64,000 nucleotides of DNA from Saccostrea cucullata. Lineage: Eukaryota. Location: assembly GCF_032062105.1 (NCBI RefSeq), contig NW_026926086.1, positions 62,001 through 126,000 on the forward strand, read 5' to 3'. Both the position numbers and the translations under genes were made by a program. Below are positions 50,916 to 64,000 of this stretch, in pieces; within the stretch, counting starts at the first letter, position 1, and every line of letters starts with the position of its first letter. The notes below the pieces were generated by a model. It did not search any database. It saw only the letters and a program-made list of their open reading frames with translations, and was not told where the DNA came from.

Positions 50916-53900
50916 CACTACTGTAACTAAAAAGCACTGAGAATCCAACAAAACCCTGAGGAAGTACTGAGTGGTACTGAGAAAACCCTGAGTTGTACTG
51001 AGGCTACTACTGAGAAACTGTGGAGGTACTGAGTTGCACTGAGGTTTTTACTGTGCATTCTGTTGTGCTACTGAGGAGCACTGAGGTTAGCACCGTTGCT
51101 TCTGTGGAAGTACTGAGGAGCACTGAGGTTTGTCTGAGGGAACTGAGCTGATACTGTGTGATACTGAGGTTTTAACTGAGGCTACTGTGGACATACTGAG
51201 AGGCACTGAGGTGTTCAAAACTCAATAATATGAAAATAAAATAAGATAAAGTGTGGGCAGACAAATAATTGTTTTCGAACCATATCTTCCTTATAGTATA
51301 ACTATTTCTTTAATCTTTGATTTACAGAACCACCAATAATATTCCATGACTTACAGTAGTATATAATTTTAGTGCATATCTTTCATTCTATTTTCATATT
51401 CTCAAGTCTAATATTCAAGAAACGTTTGCATGCATTTGTCGAGTTAGCAATTATTGTCTGTAACAATAAATATTACTACACTAGGTAATATTTTTTTTTA
51501 GAAAATAGAATTGTTAAAATATATATTACACATAATTTCTTTGTAAAGACGCATGAATTGAAAATACTTGATATGCTCATCTATTTGATATGGTGTGTGT
51601 CGATCTTATTTTAATCTCATTTCATTTTATGTGTTAAAATTGAATGTTGCAGTAAAGTGCGGGAGTATTCAAAACTCCTTGATTTTCCAAATATTTCATA
51701 TTTTTACTGGTAATTTCATTTTCTGGGGAAAAAAAGAGTTCTTTTTAAGCTAAGCTAGTACAAAACAATTATCTAATAATGGGGGGTATTTTGCTTTGAT
51801 ATCTAATTTTAACTGCGTTGTATTTTTGTTTTCTTTAAACGATCCCAATTGCACATTTATAATTACCACATATGCTTATGATATAGAGTAAAGAGGACTA
51901 CAGGTTTTCCAGGGAACTTGAGGGCAAACATTTGGATCGTAACATCAGAACAATGTGTAATTGAAAGTTCTGTCTTAATATAATTATGTTTTAATTAGTT
52001 TAAAAAAGCATTTTCGTGACAATGCATATTTTGAAAAAAGATATCGAAAGATTTGACTTAAATTTATCATGAAGTTAATTTGTCAGCTAGTTTAAATCTG
52101 TGTATTCTGCAAAGCAAAGTTCAATTAAATTGACACTTTCAATATTCTATTTTCGACAAAATTGTATTACATGTATGAAATTAAATAGAAATTGATATAG
52201 AGAAGCTTATTTCATAGAAACATAAATTAAAATCATCGCAAATTAATCATGTAAGTTTCAATCAATGCGATGCCCTTGTAGTCACGGGCACCTGTCTGCA
52301 CGTGTCACAAGTGGGGACACGTGTCGCGAAGACACCTGCTACTGTGTTAGTGTATGTTTTGTATATTCTATGTGATTTGGGAGGGTTTTCAGCCCAGGGG
52401 TGACATTTGGCTGTGTTAAATGGTGTATACACACCACTTGCATAACATCCTTACAAAGAGATTGCTGGTCTTCATTAATAAAGGTTGATTAAAAATTTAA
52501 TAAAATTAATCTAGACTAGACACAAAATATTGATTAAACTAAACATATATTCTATGGGGGAATTTTATTTTATTTCTTTTTTTGCGGGCAATACTGATTT
52601 AACAGGAAAGTTCTTTACACTTGAAAAATTAAAGCATTTTTATCTGAATCTAATAAAGATTATTTCTTTTTTTGGAATTATATAAAAAAAAAACCTGAGG
52701 TTCTATCAGATTGTAATATCAGTCCTGGCGTATCTTAAATTTCTAATCATGTCTGGGGTACATAAAGTATTGAATTCACAATTTGTGTTTGAATTTTCAT
52801 CAACTTAAAAGATGATGATATTTTGTTACGCAGATACGAATATATTGATTAAGGAAATCTACGTTAATGTTTGATTTAAATTAAATTTTCACATCAAGTT
52901 TTCTACACATATTAACGATAATGTCTTGATGCATACAAATATTACGATTTTCATCCACAGATTATACAACTTGAAGTTCCTATACCTCCCCCCCCCCGGG
53001 TAAAGTGAAAGTCGGATGCTTTTTTTGGACCCTCTTGTATGCACCTTAGGTACGCGCTCCAAACTCGTAACACATAACCGGAAAGTTTTACGTCGCATAT
53101 AATGATGTTTTTACCCTCTGTCTATTCTTAATTTTCATTGATTAAAAGCTTTCTAATGCTATAATTCAAAACCAAACACGGAAAGGCAAAGGCTGATAAA
53201 GTCGGACAGCGACTGTGAAAGTCGGACATGTAGAATTTAAACTCGGACAGATACTAGTTTTGGTATTTAAAGTCCAATATACTTCATTTTTAGGTGTTAA
53301 ATCGTAGTAGAGCATGCACAAAGTATCAGGGGGTGGGGTGGGGGCTGACCCCTCACTTTCCCCCAAAACATTTACTTAAAACTATTGAAAATTCAAGTTC
53401 ATTAAAAGGCTGTTTGTCCCACCTCTACCTTTTTATTACCGTCAAATCAGGGTAATCTGGTAATATATATGAATAAAATTCGGTTTTGAAAGATGTAATC
53501 AAATGGAACGTATCCTCCCATTAACCTCCAAAATAGAATTTTCTTTGAGTTTGGACCATTACCCACTTCTTCTTTCTTGTCGTTCTCTTTCTTCACTCAG
53601 GTAAAATGATTTTTTTAAATTTAATTTTCTAGCCCCTCCCCAGCTTAGAAAAATGATACCATGTGCCCAGGAAAAGATTTGTGAAAATTTAGTTATTTTA
53701 TGTATAATATACTTTATAATCGTGTGGATTATTTCGATTTTTCCATTTATATACCAAGAAATTTAAATTAGCATATAGTGCATGTATTTTGCGATCTTTA
53801 ATCTATAAACCGATGGGTTATCGTGTGAATTTTTTTTTTGTAAAATCAATCCCATTTTATATAAATGGTTATAGTCAGAAAACTATATACCCTACTATCT

Positions 53901-56900
53901 TTACATTAGAATCAGTAATCTGCAACTTATTTAATTTTCAAGAAAGAAACCTTTCTTTTTTCCTGAATGAGTGATCAGTTATAAACATGAAACTCAAATA
54001 AAGCCACAAAAAAAAACATTACTTTATTTTTCAATAGATTTTTTTCTTCTCTTTCTTTCCCCTTCTTTTATTTTTCTCGGTTTATGTATACAGTGTTTCA
54101 TTTCTCTGCAGTAATATATCAGTATGTTGCTGTTAAAATTTAATGAGATCGTTTTTGCTTCACGTGTTTTTCATTTTTTTTTTCTGAAATGAAACAATTT
54201 CTACATGTATCAGGTAAGTGGTAAAACACTTTTTTTTTTATTTCTTCCTTCCAAAAAGTTACAGCGAATCGGCAGAATTTGATTTACAAAAGCTTAAATA
54301 CTCTTAAATTGCCAGTATGTTTAATAACATAATAATGAATTGTTCTAATTTTTTAAAATATGACAATCAAAATAGAATTTATTCAATATAATGTGCTGTC
54401 CGACTTTAAATTATCCTCTCTCCGACTTTAAATGACCGAGTATGTAAAGTCGGACAGTTTAATTTTCATGGTGTAATAAATAAATATCCACCATAAAGTT
54501 ATTATTATGGGAATAATTAATATTTATCATGTATAAGTATGATTTAATCACAAAATATACTGTCAATCACGGAGTACCGACGACAAACTGAAGATTTCGC
54601 CAAGGATAACTAGGTCACTGTCGACAGGTGCGCGCTCGGTGTGTATGCGAATTTTATCCGGATCCATGAGGTGTATTTGTATCCTACAAATTTGATACAT
54701 TTCACGACTTTATATGTACGAAACAACCAAAAACATCCTGTAGACGGAGATACTGAAAGAAAAATACACATTTAGAAACGATTTTATTCTGAAAGAGAAA
54801 ACTGTCCGACATTCGATGCTGTCCGAGTGTTTGGCGATTAAGTGTCAACACCGCAATAATCTACCCAAGTCAAGATCAATAAGTAATGTATACCGACTGT
54901 CAATCATAAAAAAAGTTAGCTATAATATTGATGAGCTACATGCGTTCACAGATGTATACAAAATGTACATCGAAATTCCGTACATGCAACATGTACTGCA
55001 TTCGTAACAGTGAAGAAAAAGTTTTTCTAGCTTATTGACTTCTATTTCTAAATTTCTAATACATTATCAGGAAAATACCCCCAACCCCTTCATTAACACT
55101 TTATGTACAGTCATATTATTTACCGGTATTTATAGGTACACAGCTTTGCGTAGGTTTATAGATTGTCAGCATTATAATTACATACATGTACTTAATTGAT
55201 TAATTGAAAGGTTTACATTTCAATTCAAAATGAAAACTCTTCCATGACAATTATGCATAATACAGATAGAGATTAAATCTTTTAAGCATTCGCCAATTAA
55301 ATCTGTAAAATATATTAATGCAATTACAACAGTTCAATTACCACAAGTGTATGAAAATCTTGCTGTGCGAGTGAATATACACTGTACATTAATTACGAAT
55401 TGTTTCTCTTTGACTCTTGAAAATGTAAAAATGAACACGTGTAAGGTAAAGTTTTTGGTGCATTGAACTCTGACTTTTATGCCGCGCATGATATACACAT
55501 TGTGCAGACCTGCGTCAGTCATGCAGTACCCCCCCCCCCCTCCTCCAGTTTATTGACAATGTATAATACCGGTAGTCATTTTGTTCTGTTTGATGTGATT
55601 ATAGTAATTTATAAAAATGATATACGACTTACATGTAAATGTACAAGCGATACTTTACACGGTCTGTCATTTCATTCATTTGTTACTTTTTTAAATTCTA
55701 TTTTAATTTTATGTCAAGGTCACATGAATAATTATGTTCAGCACGTGATTCTCTGCAAGCATGGGATTAGGTGCTCATGTACTTACTACCTGAAATGTCA
55801 GATTTCATATCAAGTTACCGCTTGGCTTGTTTTAAAAATATTTTATTGTTTAGATGTTACAAGAAAGAATCGGAAACAAGTTCTGAAAACTAAGAACGTC
55901 CTCCCCTTTACAAAAAAGTCGATAATTACAAAAGCTATTGTTCAAAATTAATTTTCACTGGATTAACCTCGTAATATTACTTAATTATTTTCGAGAACTG
56001 TCTTATCAAATAAATCGATGGATAGATAAATTCGCTTGCCAACAATCAGGTCATACTAATTTTTTCTTAAATTGGAATGTATAGTTTTTTTTTCATTCAC
56101 TTTGTAAATTTGCCGTAAATCTCAGATGGTTGTACAATACACGTAGGACTGCATTAAACTACTATGCGTTTTTTTTTTCAAATTTTTATGCTTTTCGTAT
56201 ACTACATGTGATTTTTATTTCTATTACTACTAGGCCCTTAACTGTCCATTTACTGATATTACATACTAGTTCAAGAACAAATACTAGTATCTGTGACAAA
56301 AAATGATATGCCGTTAATTATCGCCGGTTAAGAATCTTTACCAAACCATCACTGAAAATAATGTATTTTGATGCTCGTTCTTATGTCCGAAATTTACGGT
56401 GACTTCCGATTGTTTACAACAGTGAATCACGCGACCTTTCCTGAATTGAATTGAGAGAAAATAAATTCTGAATTCTGACAATTTTTTAAGTACATCGTAC
56501 ATACATGTATAAGGTTGTTGAAGAGAAATTTGTACATTCAACAAATTAATTCCAAACACTTAATACTGTATACTTGATGTAACATTAAAGGCAATTATAA
56601 AAGAACATACAAGCCTCGTGTCCTTTTTAACTTCTCTTTTCTTTTTTTTTTTATTTTTGGTAACATATTAAATCTTTTAATTAGTTTTTCTTTCTGATTC
56701 TTTCGGTTTATTTCTTTATTTTGAAGGGGGGTCTTGGGATAATGAACTATAATGTCTATCGCTTACAGAAACGTCTAATTAATTACGAACACTGTAATTT
56801 TAGATATTTGTTTATAACAGATCTGATTAGTAGAGATAAAAATACATGATGTATCAAAAATAAAATTAATAAATAAATAGATATAGTTTGAGAACCCAGT

Positions 56901-58964
56901 TGGATTATATAGAAAATAATTATAAATGCATCGAACATTTAATCTAATAAAAATTTAATTTTCTGTGTTTTTAATAATTAGATTTCTTTAAAATGTGTGA
57001 GACCGAATGAAAAAGAGGGGCCGGGCTGATCTGAGGGTGTCCTCTGAGTCTACATGTTGGGTCAACATTGCGTAACTGACTGCTAGTGATATCCGGTAGG
57101 TGCCCGTCTGTGTATATATTGAAGTGACACCTATTGTCTTGTTTCTCGCTACTGCATTGCGCAATTCACAGAGCTTCCATTTGCGTAGTACTTCACAGAG
57201 GTTCCGTTACCAGTTGGGACCAGTGTAGTACGCCAGTGTAGTACTTCAAAGCGCTGCCGTTGGTGTACAATATTCATATTAATATTCATGAATATGGTGC
57301 TGTGTTTGACTAAGTCTTCTTTTAATTAAAAAAATGCATTGCATGTACACAATTATTTACTAAATAATTGTTTCCGATTAATTATTTTTAATAAATAAAA
57401 TAAATAAAAGAGTTCACTGTATGGCTTGTCAAGAGTTTTTTTATATATATAAATCTGATGGTAGCGTAGTTATTTTTCAAAATGAAAGGAAGATAAAAGG
57501 CACATTTTAAGTTGAACATAAGTGAGTAATTCATTTTCCTGTAAACGGATATCAATATTTATAAAAGGCAGGGAGTCTACTGAATCATTTGTGACCATTA
57601 TTATTGCTGTACACTAACCGATCGGCAGTAGGACATTATCACAGCGAATAAATATTGCAGCGTAATTAGAACCAGTAAAAATAAATAAAAGATAGATTTT
57701 TTTAGGCGGAGTTCAAATTTATTTTCATTTATTGAATTTGATGTCTATAAGCAAACATATGACAACGATAAATTCCCGGTACATGTGAATTAAGCGATGA
57801 ACATAATTATGATTTAAGTGAACTTGCTATCAGTCTGATTGACAGACAACCGCCCCCCCCCCAAAAAAAGACAATTGCATTATTAGATATCATATTATAA
57901 TTCTCAGTAACTACATGACTGCTATCAAATTTTAGCGCCACGTGTTTAACCAGGGACCTACACGTATATTAGTATATACATGTACTTTAACATAGAGCTC
58001 CCCTAATTATTCTAACTACTTTTTTGTTTAAATTAATGAGTATTCAATCTTTACACCTGATTTTCTTTAATCATGTGCGCGTGTGCTAAATAAATAGTAA
58101 ATGAAACTTCTTTGAAATAAAACTCGGACTTAAAGCAAAATAAACCGGTATTATTTTCCGCTGTCGGTGTTCATTTTATTATGCAAGCACATAGAAATTT
58201 TAAAATTTTTTAGTAAATACCATGTTTATTTTCAAATTATATGTAAAATTTAACATTAAAGACATCTTTATTTGCACAACAAATACGTAACCTATCAAAT
58301 TTTCAGGTGTAGATCGAGATTTATTAGACGGAAACTACTATTTATCATGATGTTTAACATTGGTTGGATAAATTTTGAAAAACCAGATTTCAAATATACT
58401 TTATTTTTATAATTAATTGGTTGATATCAAAAACAAATAAATTAGATACAAAATTTCTTAATAAAATATGCATAGAACACTTAATCCTTTTGAAAATTCC
58501 AAACAAAGTACGCAAATAATTTAATTAATTAAATGAACAAGAGGCGAATTTCAGTTTTATTGTCGACGGGGAGTTTCAAGATACTTGAACCTACACATTT
58601 TGATTTGAAAAGGGTTTAAAAATATAGAATTTTGAACATTAGATTACACTTAAACTCATAAAAAATAGCAAGTTTTTGAAAAAAAAGCGTCAGTGTCACT
58701 CAGGATTACCTCAGTAGCCACAGTTTTAAACCTCAGAGCTACTCAGTACCAGCTCAGTTCCCTCAGACAAACCTCAGTACCCCTCAGTACTTCCACAGTA
58801 GCAACAGTGCTAACCTCAGTGCTCCTCAGTAGCACAACAGAATGCACAGTGAAAACCTCAGTGCTACTCAGGATCTCCTCAGTTTCTCAGTACCGGGCTC
58901 AGTACCACTCAGTACTTCCTCAGGGTTTTGTTGGATTCTCAGTGCTTTTTAGTAACAGTAGTGA
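50916..58964. repeat. Sub-element A: inverted ACTGAG-rich arms (50916-51215 and 58690-58964)
   Basis: cactactgtaactaaaaagcactgagaatccaacaaaaccctgagg and its reverse complement ending at 58963. Confidence 0.85.
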
Positions 58965-59924
58965 ATATATAAAGAAAAACGGAATTAATATATAAAGGAA
59001 AACCAAAAATATATAAAGGAAAACCAAAAATATATAAAAGGAAAACCAAAAATATATAAAGGAAAACCAAAAATATATAAAGGAAAACCAAAAATAAATA
59101 AAGAAAAACCAAAAATATATAAAGAAAAACCAAAAATATATAAAGAAAAACGGAATTAATATATAAAGAAAAACGGAATTAATATATAAAGAAAAACGGA
59201 ATTAATATAAAGAAAAACGAAATTAATATATAAAGAAAAACGGAATTAATATATCAAGAAAAACGAAATTAATTTATAAAGAAAACGGAATTAATAAATA
59301 AAGAAAAACAGAATTAATATATAAAGAAAAACGAAATTATTTAATAAAGATAAACGAAATTATTAAATAAAAAGGAGAGTGAGGGAGAAAGAGAAAACAT
59401 CAACTGAAACAAATACGTCAGTCTAATGTTTGAAGTAAATTGTCAATAATTGTTCAGCGGTATACGTAATTTGTTGATGTGTAGCATTACGGATAGAGGA
59501 TCATGAGGGTGGCTGTTTCTGCTTGATTGAAATCAATGACATCCAATTCAAATCGCTTGAATCGCTGAAAGGTCAAGACCTTGCGTATCGTATTAAAAAA
59601 TTCCCTCCGGAATAAGCCTAGCGCCCCATCTGTATATTCATAAATCACGGGTTGTTGAAACAAAAACGAGGATGATTTGATTACTTCGTGGATATTTTTA
59701 CTTCTACATTCCCCTCATTTCATAAGGACGTCGCAATACAAGAACACATTTCTAAAATGGCATTTTGTTCTTCTTGTGGACATTTCTAAAATTCTTCGTC
59801 CAGCATTTCCATGTCTGGCGCTGAAGACACACTCACTGTGGAATGAACCACGCGTGACTGGAACCCTTATCCTCACGTTTTGTTTTGTTAAACTTATCAA
59901 CGATGCTATCTTAACTTAATAATT

Positions 59925-59974
<50 letters not shown>

Positions 59975-60065
59975 ATTTTGTCCGTCGTCTGTCTGTCCAT
60001 CTGTAAACTTTTCACATTTTCGACTTCTTCTCATGAACCGCTGGGCCAATTTCAACCAAACTTGC

Positions 60066-60096
<31 letters not shown>

Positions 60097-62710
60097 GTTT
60101 CTTCAAATGAAGGGCCACGCCCTCATTCAAGGGGAGATAATTGGGAATTAATGAAGATTTGATGGTATGTTTTAAAAAACTTCTTCTCAAGAACCACTGT
60201 GCCAGGAAAGATGAAACTTATGTGGAAACATCCTCAGGTAGTGTAGATTTAAGTTTGAACAAATCATAACCCCCGGGGGTAGGGCGGGGCCAAAATGGCC
60301 GACCAAAGTTTTACATAGAAATATATGGGAAAATTCTTTAAAAATCTTCTTCTCAAGAATTGCAAAGACATAAATGTTCATATTTATATGGAAGCATCCT
60401 CAGGTAGTGGAGATTCAAGTTTGTTCAAATCATGACCCCTGGGGGTAGGGCGGGACCACAATGGCCGACCAAAGTTTTACATAGAAATATATAGGAACAT
60501 TCTTTAAAAATCTTCTTCCCAAGAATAGCAAAGCTATAATTGATTATCTTTATATGGAAGCATCTTCAGGTAGTGTAGATTCAAATTTGTTCAAATCATG
60601 ACCCCCGGGGATAGGGCGGGGCCACAATGGCCGACCAAAGTTTTACTTAGAAATATATAGGATAATTCTTTAAAAATCTTCTTCTCAAGAATAGCAAAGT
60701 TATAATTGATCATATTTATATGGAAGCATCTTCAGGTAGTGTAGATATAAGTTTGTTCAAATCATTACCCCCGGGGGTAGGGCGGGGCCACAATGGCCGA
60801 CCAAAGTTATACATAAAATATATAGGAATTTAAAAAAAAAATCTTTTTCTAATGAATTGCAAAGCCATAATTGGTCATATTTATATGAAAGCATCCTCAG
60901 CTTGTGCAGTTTCAGGTTTGTACAAATCATGATCCTGGGATGGGGGGGGGGGCGAGCCACAATGACCAATAAAGTTTTACATAGACATATATAGGAATAT
61001 TCTTTAAAAATTCATGTTCTAAATAATACCAAAGCCATGATTGGTCATTGGTTTTGGATTTAAACTTTTTAATAATAAACCAATTTGTATATTTTTTCCT
61101 AGCCACAGTGCTCAGGTGAGCGATTGGGCCCATGGGCCTCTTGTTCTTTATTTAATGATTTTGTTTTTCTTTATATAATAATTTCGTTTTTCTTTATTTA
61201 ATAATTTCGTTTTTCCTTTATTTAATAATTTCGTTTTTTCTTTATTTATTTCTGGTTTGCACTATTGGGCTTTGTAGAAGCCCATTAGAGCTCAGCTAGA
61301 AGGTCACGACCTTGCGTATCGTATTACTGGATTCCCACGAACTAAACCTTGCGTCCGAATCTGTGTACCCATAAATCTTAGATTGTTGAAACTATTAGAA
61401 AAATAATTTCATTACTTTGTGGGATTTGTTATTTACAAGTGTGTGCATTGTCACCGACTTATAAATACACAAATTGAGAGTTTGTCATTTAAAATAAATG
61501 AGAGCGAGAACTATAGTACCACTGACTCATAAATAGTACATATTGAGAGTTGGACATTTATAATATGTGAGAGCAAGTACTTAGTAGCCAATACATCACC
61601 TCTAATTATGCGTTGATAAAATCAAAGAATCAACTGAAGGTGATTTGCTTTATTTCTAATATAGTAAACAATCATTAAAATCTACTTGTAACCACTTTGA
61701 CTTGTTTTACTTTTTGCACCTGTTCTCTTCAAACAATTTTTTTATAATGTCAAACAAACCCAAGTCCGATCGATAACGTATTATTTGACATTTTTAATGA
61801 ATATATTGTGCGATAGTTGAATAATGGATAAGGGATTCCTGAATGTTAAATGTTGTAAACAACGGAATCTTAAAGTTCATGTTTTCTTAAATAGTTGTGC
61901 AATTAGATATTAAAGATTAAATTCTCCCCATTCATGTATTGTAATGGATGTGTTTTCGATATAGGAAAAGGTGAATGTAAAGGCAAACACCACGCTTGTT
62001 TATTGTCGAAACAAAATCAGGTCTATCAGACGCGGTGCACTAATGATTTATGGGTTCATACCCATACCGTGCACCTCAATAAATTCCGTATTTTAGTTGA
62101 AGTTTTTCTACTTTTAATAATTTCGTTTTTCTTAATGGAATAATTTCGTTTTTCTTTATATATTAATTTCGTTTTTCTTTATATATTAATTCCGTTTTTC
62201 TTTATATATATATTTCGTTTTTCTTTATATATTAATTCCGTTTTCTTTATATATTAATTCCGTTTTCTTTATATATTAATTCCGTTTTTCTTTATATTAA
62301 TTCCGTTTTTCTTTATATATATATTTCGTTTTTCTTTATATATTAATTCCGTTTTCTTTATATATTAATTCCGTTTTTCTTTATATTAATTCCGTTTTTC
62401 TGTATATATTTTTGGTTTTTCTTTATATATTTTTGGTTTTTCTTCATATATTTTTGGTTTTCCTTTATATATTTTTGGTTTTCCTTTATATATTTTTGGT
62501 TTTCCTTTATATATTTTTGGTTTTCCTTTATATATTAATTCCGTTTTTCTTTATGTTAATTCCGTTTTTCTTTATATTAATTCCGTTTTTCTTTATATAT
62601 TTTTGATTTTTCTTTATATATTTTTGGTTTTTCTTTATATATTTTTGGTTTTCCTTTATATATTTTTGGTTTTCCTTTATATATAAATTCCGTTTTTTCT
62701 TTATATATTT
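58965..62710. repeat. Sub-element B: inverted ATATAAAGAAAAAC-type minisatellite arms (58965-59370, 61146-61250, 62115-62710)
   Basis: ~22-bp units atatataaagaaaaacggaatta / atatataaaggaaaaccaaaa and their reverse complements. Confidence 0.85.
59928..61145 (-). mobile_element. Complete HINE with ~5 copies of a 166-bp Cg170-type satellite
   Basis: ttttagctcacctgagctgaaagctcaagtgagc end and gggcctcttgtt start; aaatcat..cccc at 60261, 60427, 60593, 60759 (166-bp period); inserted in a T run of the arm repeat. Confidence 0.92.
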
Positions 62711-64000
62711 TTGGTTTGCACTATTGGGCTTCCGTAGCATGTTGTACTTTTTGCTGTAATCCAAATTTGTTTTGTTTTAAGTGACATTTGTGCTTAATTA
62801 CTTGTCGTTATCTTTAGATTTAATCAGCAAAAGCTTTGGGCAGAATTAATATCATTGCATAATTATGGGATGATTTCATGCAGTTTTATAATTTCTATGT
62901 CCCGTAAATGAGAAAACATAATCTGGATTCTAGATGTATCGTGACTTTCTTTCATTACTTTACTGTTATCATTGATTGTAATACAGTCGAACAGATGATA
63001 TTATAGACGTAAAAATAACTAAATACACTGTTAGCCCTATATCATCAGTATTTTTCTATACGAATGGATACAAGCTGGGGATAAATGCATAAAAAGGGTA
63101 ACCCATGAAATTGGGGACCATTGATCCCCATGATTCTATAGTGTTTTGACCTGCTTTGCACTCTGTCTCCCGTAACTTAGACCCATTACTCTTTTTGAGG
63201 CAGGGGTGTCAACAGGTTTTGTATTGATGAATTGTTGCATCATTCTATTATACACCCCAAACAAGGGGAACAAAAAGGGATCTTAGCCTATCTTGTCGTT
63301 TTTATTGTGTCGATTACTGAATGTTTAAAACAACATTTCGTTTCCATTTTAATTTGCTAGTTGTGATTAAATTACCTTTTTAAAGATAATATCCTATTAC
63401 TTTTTGTAAGAAAAAATCTAGTAGTATAAAATCCTTTCTTATTTTGTACAAAATACTATTATGTATTGTGTTTTATTTAAAAACATTTGTAAAGGCCAGC
63501 ATATACAACAAAGCAACTTATACCCACTTGAACTATACCGTATTAGGTCAAGTTAGAACATAGATATTTATTGATAAATTATATTCATTTGTATATCTTG
63601 TTACAAAGAAGTTAAGCTTAATAATAGTATTAGGGTGAACATGATTACCATCATTTACTTAATCAGCCATATTGACAACTTTCTATTTGTGAAATTGCCA
63701 GAAAATCGTTTTCCCTATGAAATATTGAACGTAATGTATACTGAGCAAAATAAGTTTAGCAATTTCTTTTCCGTATGTATGATTTAAAAATATTTTTCTT
63801 TTTTTGTTTTATTATGCTTCTTCTTAAAATCAATAGAGATAAAGATAACAAACGACAGAGTTCATTTTTTAATTTGACACACAGAAACCGCTTCATCCAA
63901 CGTTGTGACAATTCAATAAAACAAAAGATTACGCTCGAACGCACATGATCCGGGAACAATTTTTTACTAGAAAAACCGTCTGAGCATGGTTGTAAAAGAA

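Larger units (their letters stand above)
50886..62736. mobile_element. Composite non-autonomous DNA transposon (IS3EU-like: TAC..GTA termini, 6-bp TSD), 11.85 kb
   Basis: Perfect 30-bp TIR TACGGAAGCCCAATAGTGCAAACCAAAAAT; TSD GCATGT at 50880-50885 and 62737-62742. Confidence 0.9.

Noticed and set aside
52262-52350. Cys-containing stretch MRCPCSHGH...TCREDTCYC
   Set aside because: No valid splice acceptor and no recognisable Cys spacing
52965-54830. Dispersed AAAGTCGGAC / GTCCGACTTT repeats suggesting another nested transposon
   Set aside because: Could not define termini or a TSD
58693-62764. Low-complexity ORFs (VFLYIFL, KKNQKYI, STVATVL)
   Set aside because: Translations of transposon arm minisatellites

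Overview
AT-rich eukaryotic genomic DNA, most likely an oyster (Crassostrea/Magallana-like; inferred from 166-bp Cg170-type satellites inside Helentron-type elements and a bivalve-style Mab-21+TPR gene). The window is gene-poor and dominated by nested mobile elements. Host-gene content: a frameshifted prostanoid-receptor-like GPCR (~0.6-1.6 kb), a cGAS-like receptor (Mab-21/NTase + TPR) split by one in-frame TAA (11881-13902), and an orphan Cys-rich terminal exon (24119-24210). Mobile elements: a 5'-truncated Ty3/Gypsy; many Penelope-like fragments; four HINE/satellite elements; a 15-kb nest inside a TA-targeting MITE holding an 8-bp-TSD foldback, an intact PIF/Harbinger-superfamily transposon and a Ngaro-type tyrosine-recombinase retroelement with split direct repeats; and an 11.85-kb composite element with 30-bp TIRs and a 6-bp TSD. 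The most unusual object is a 4.7-copy array of a 349-bp unit inserted in a (TA)n tract (7301-8940). Each unit looks like exactly one Pol III transcript: tRNA-derived A/B boxes, no internal TTTT, a single T6 terminator, base-paired 5' and 3' ends and a long internal hairpin, but no canonical ribozyme. All calls were made by eye, without database searches or folding software.
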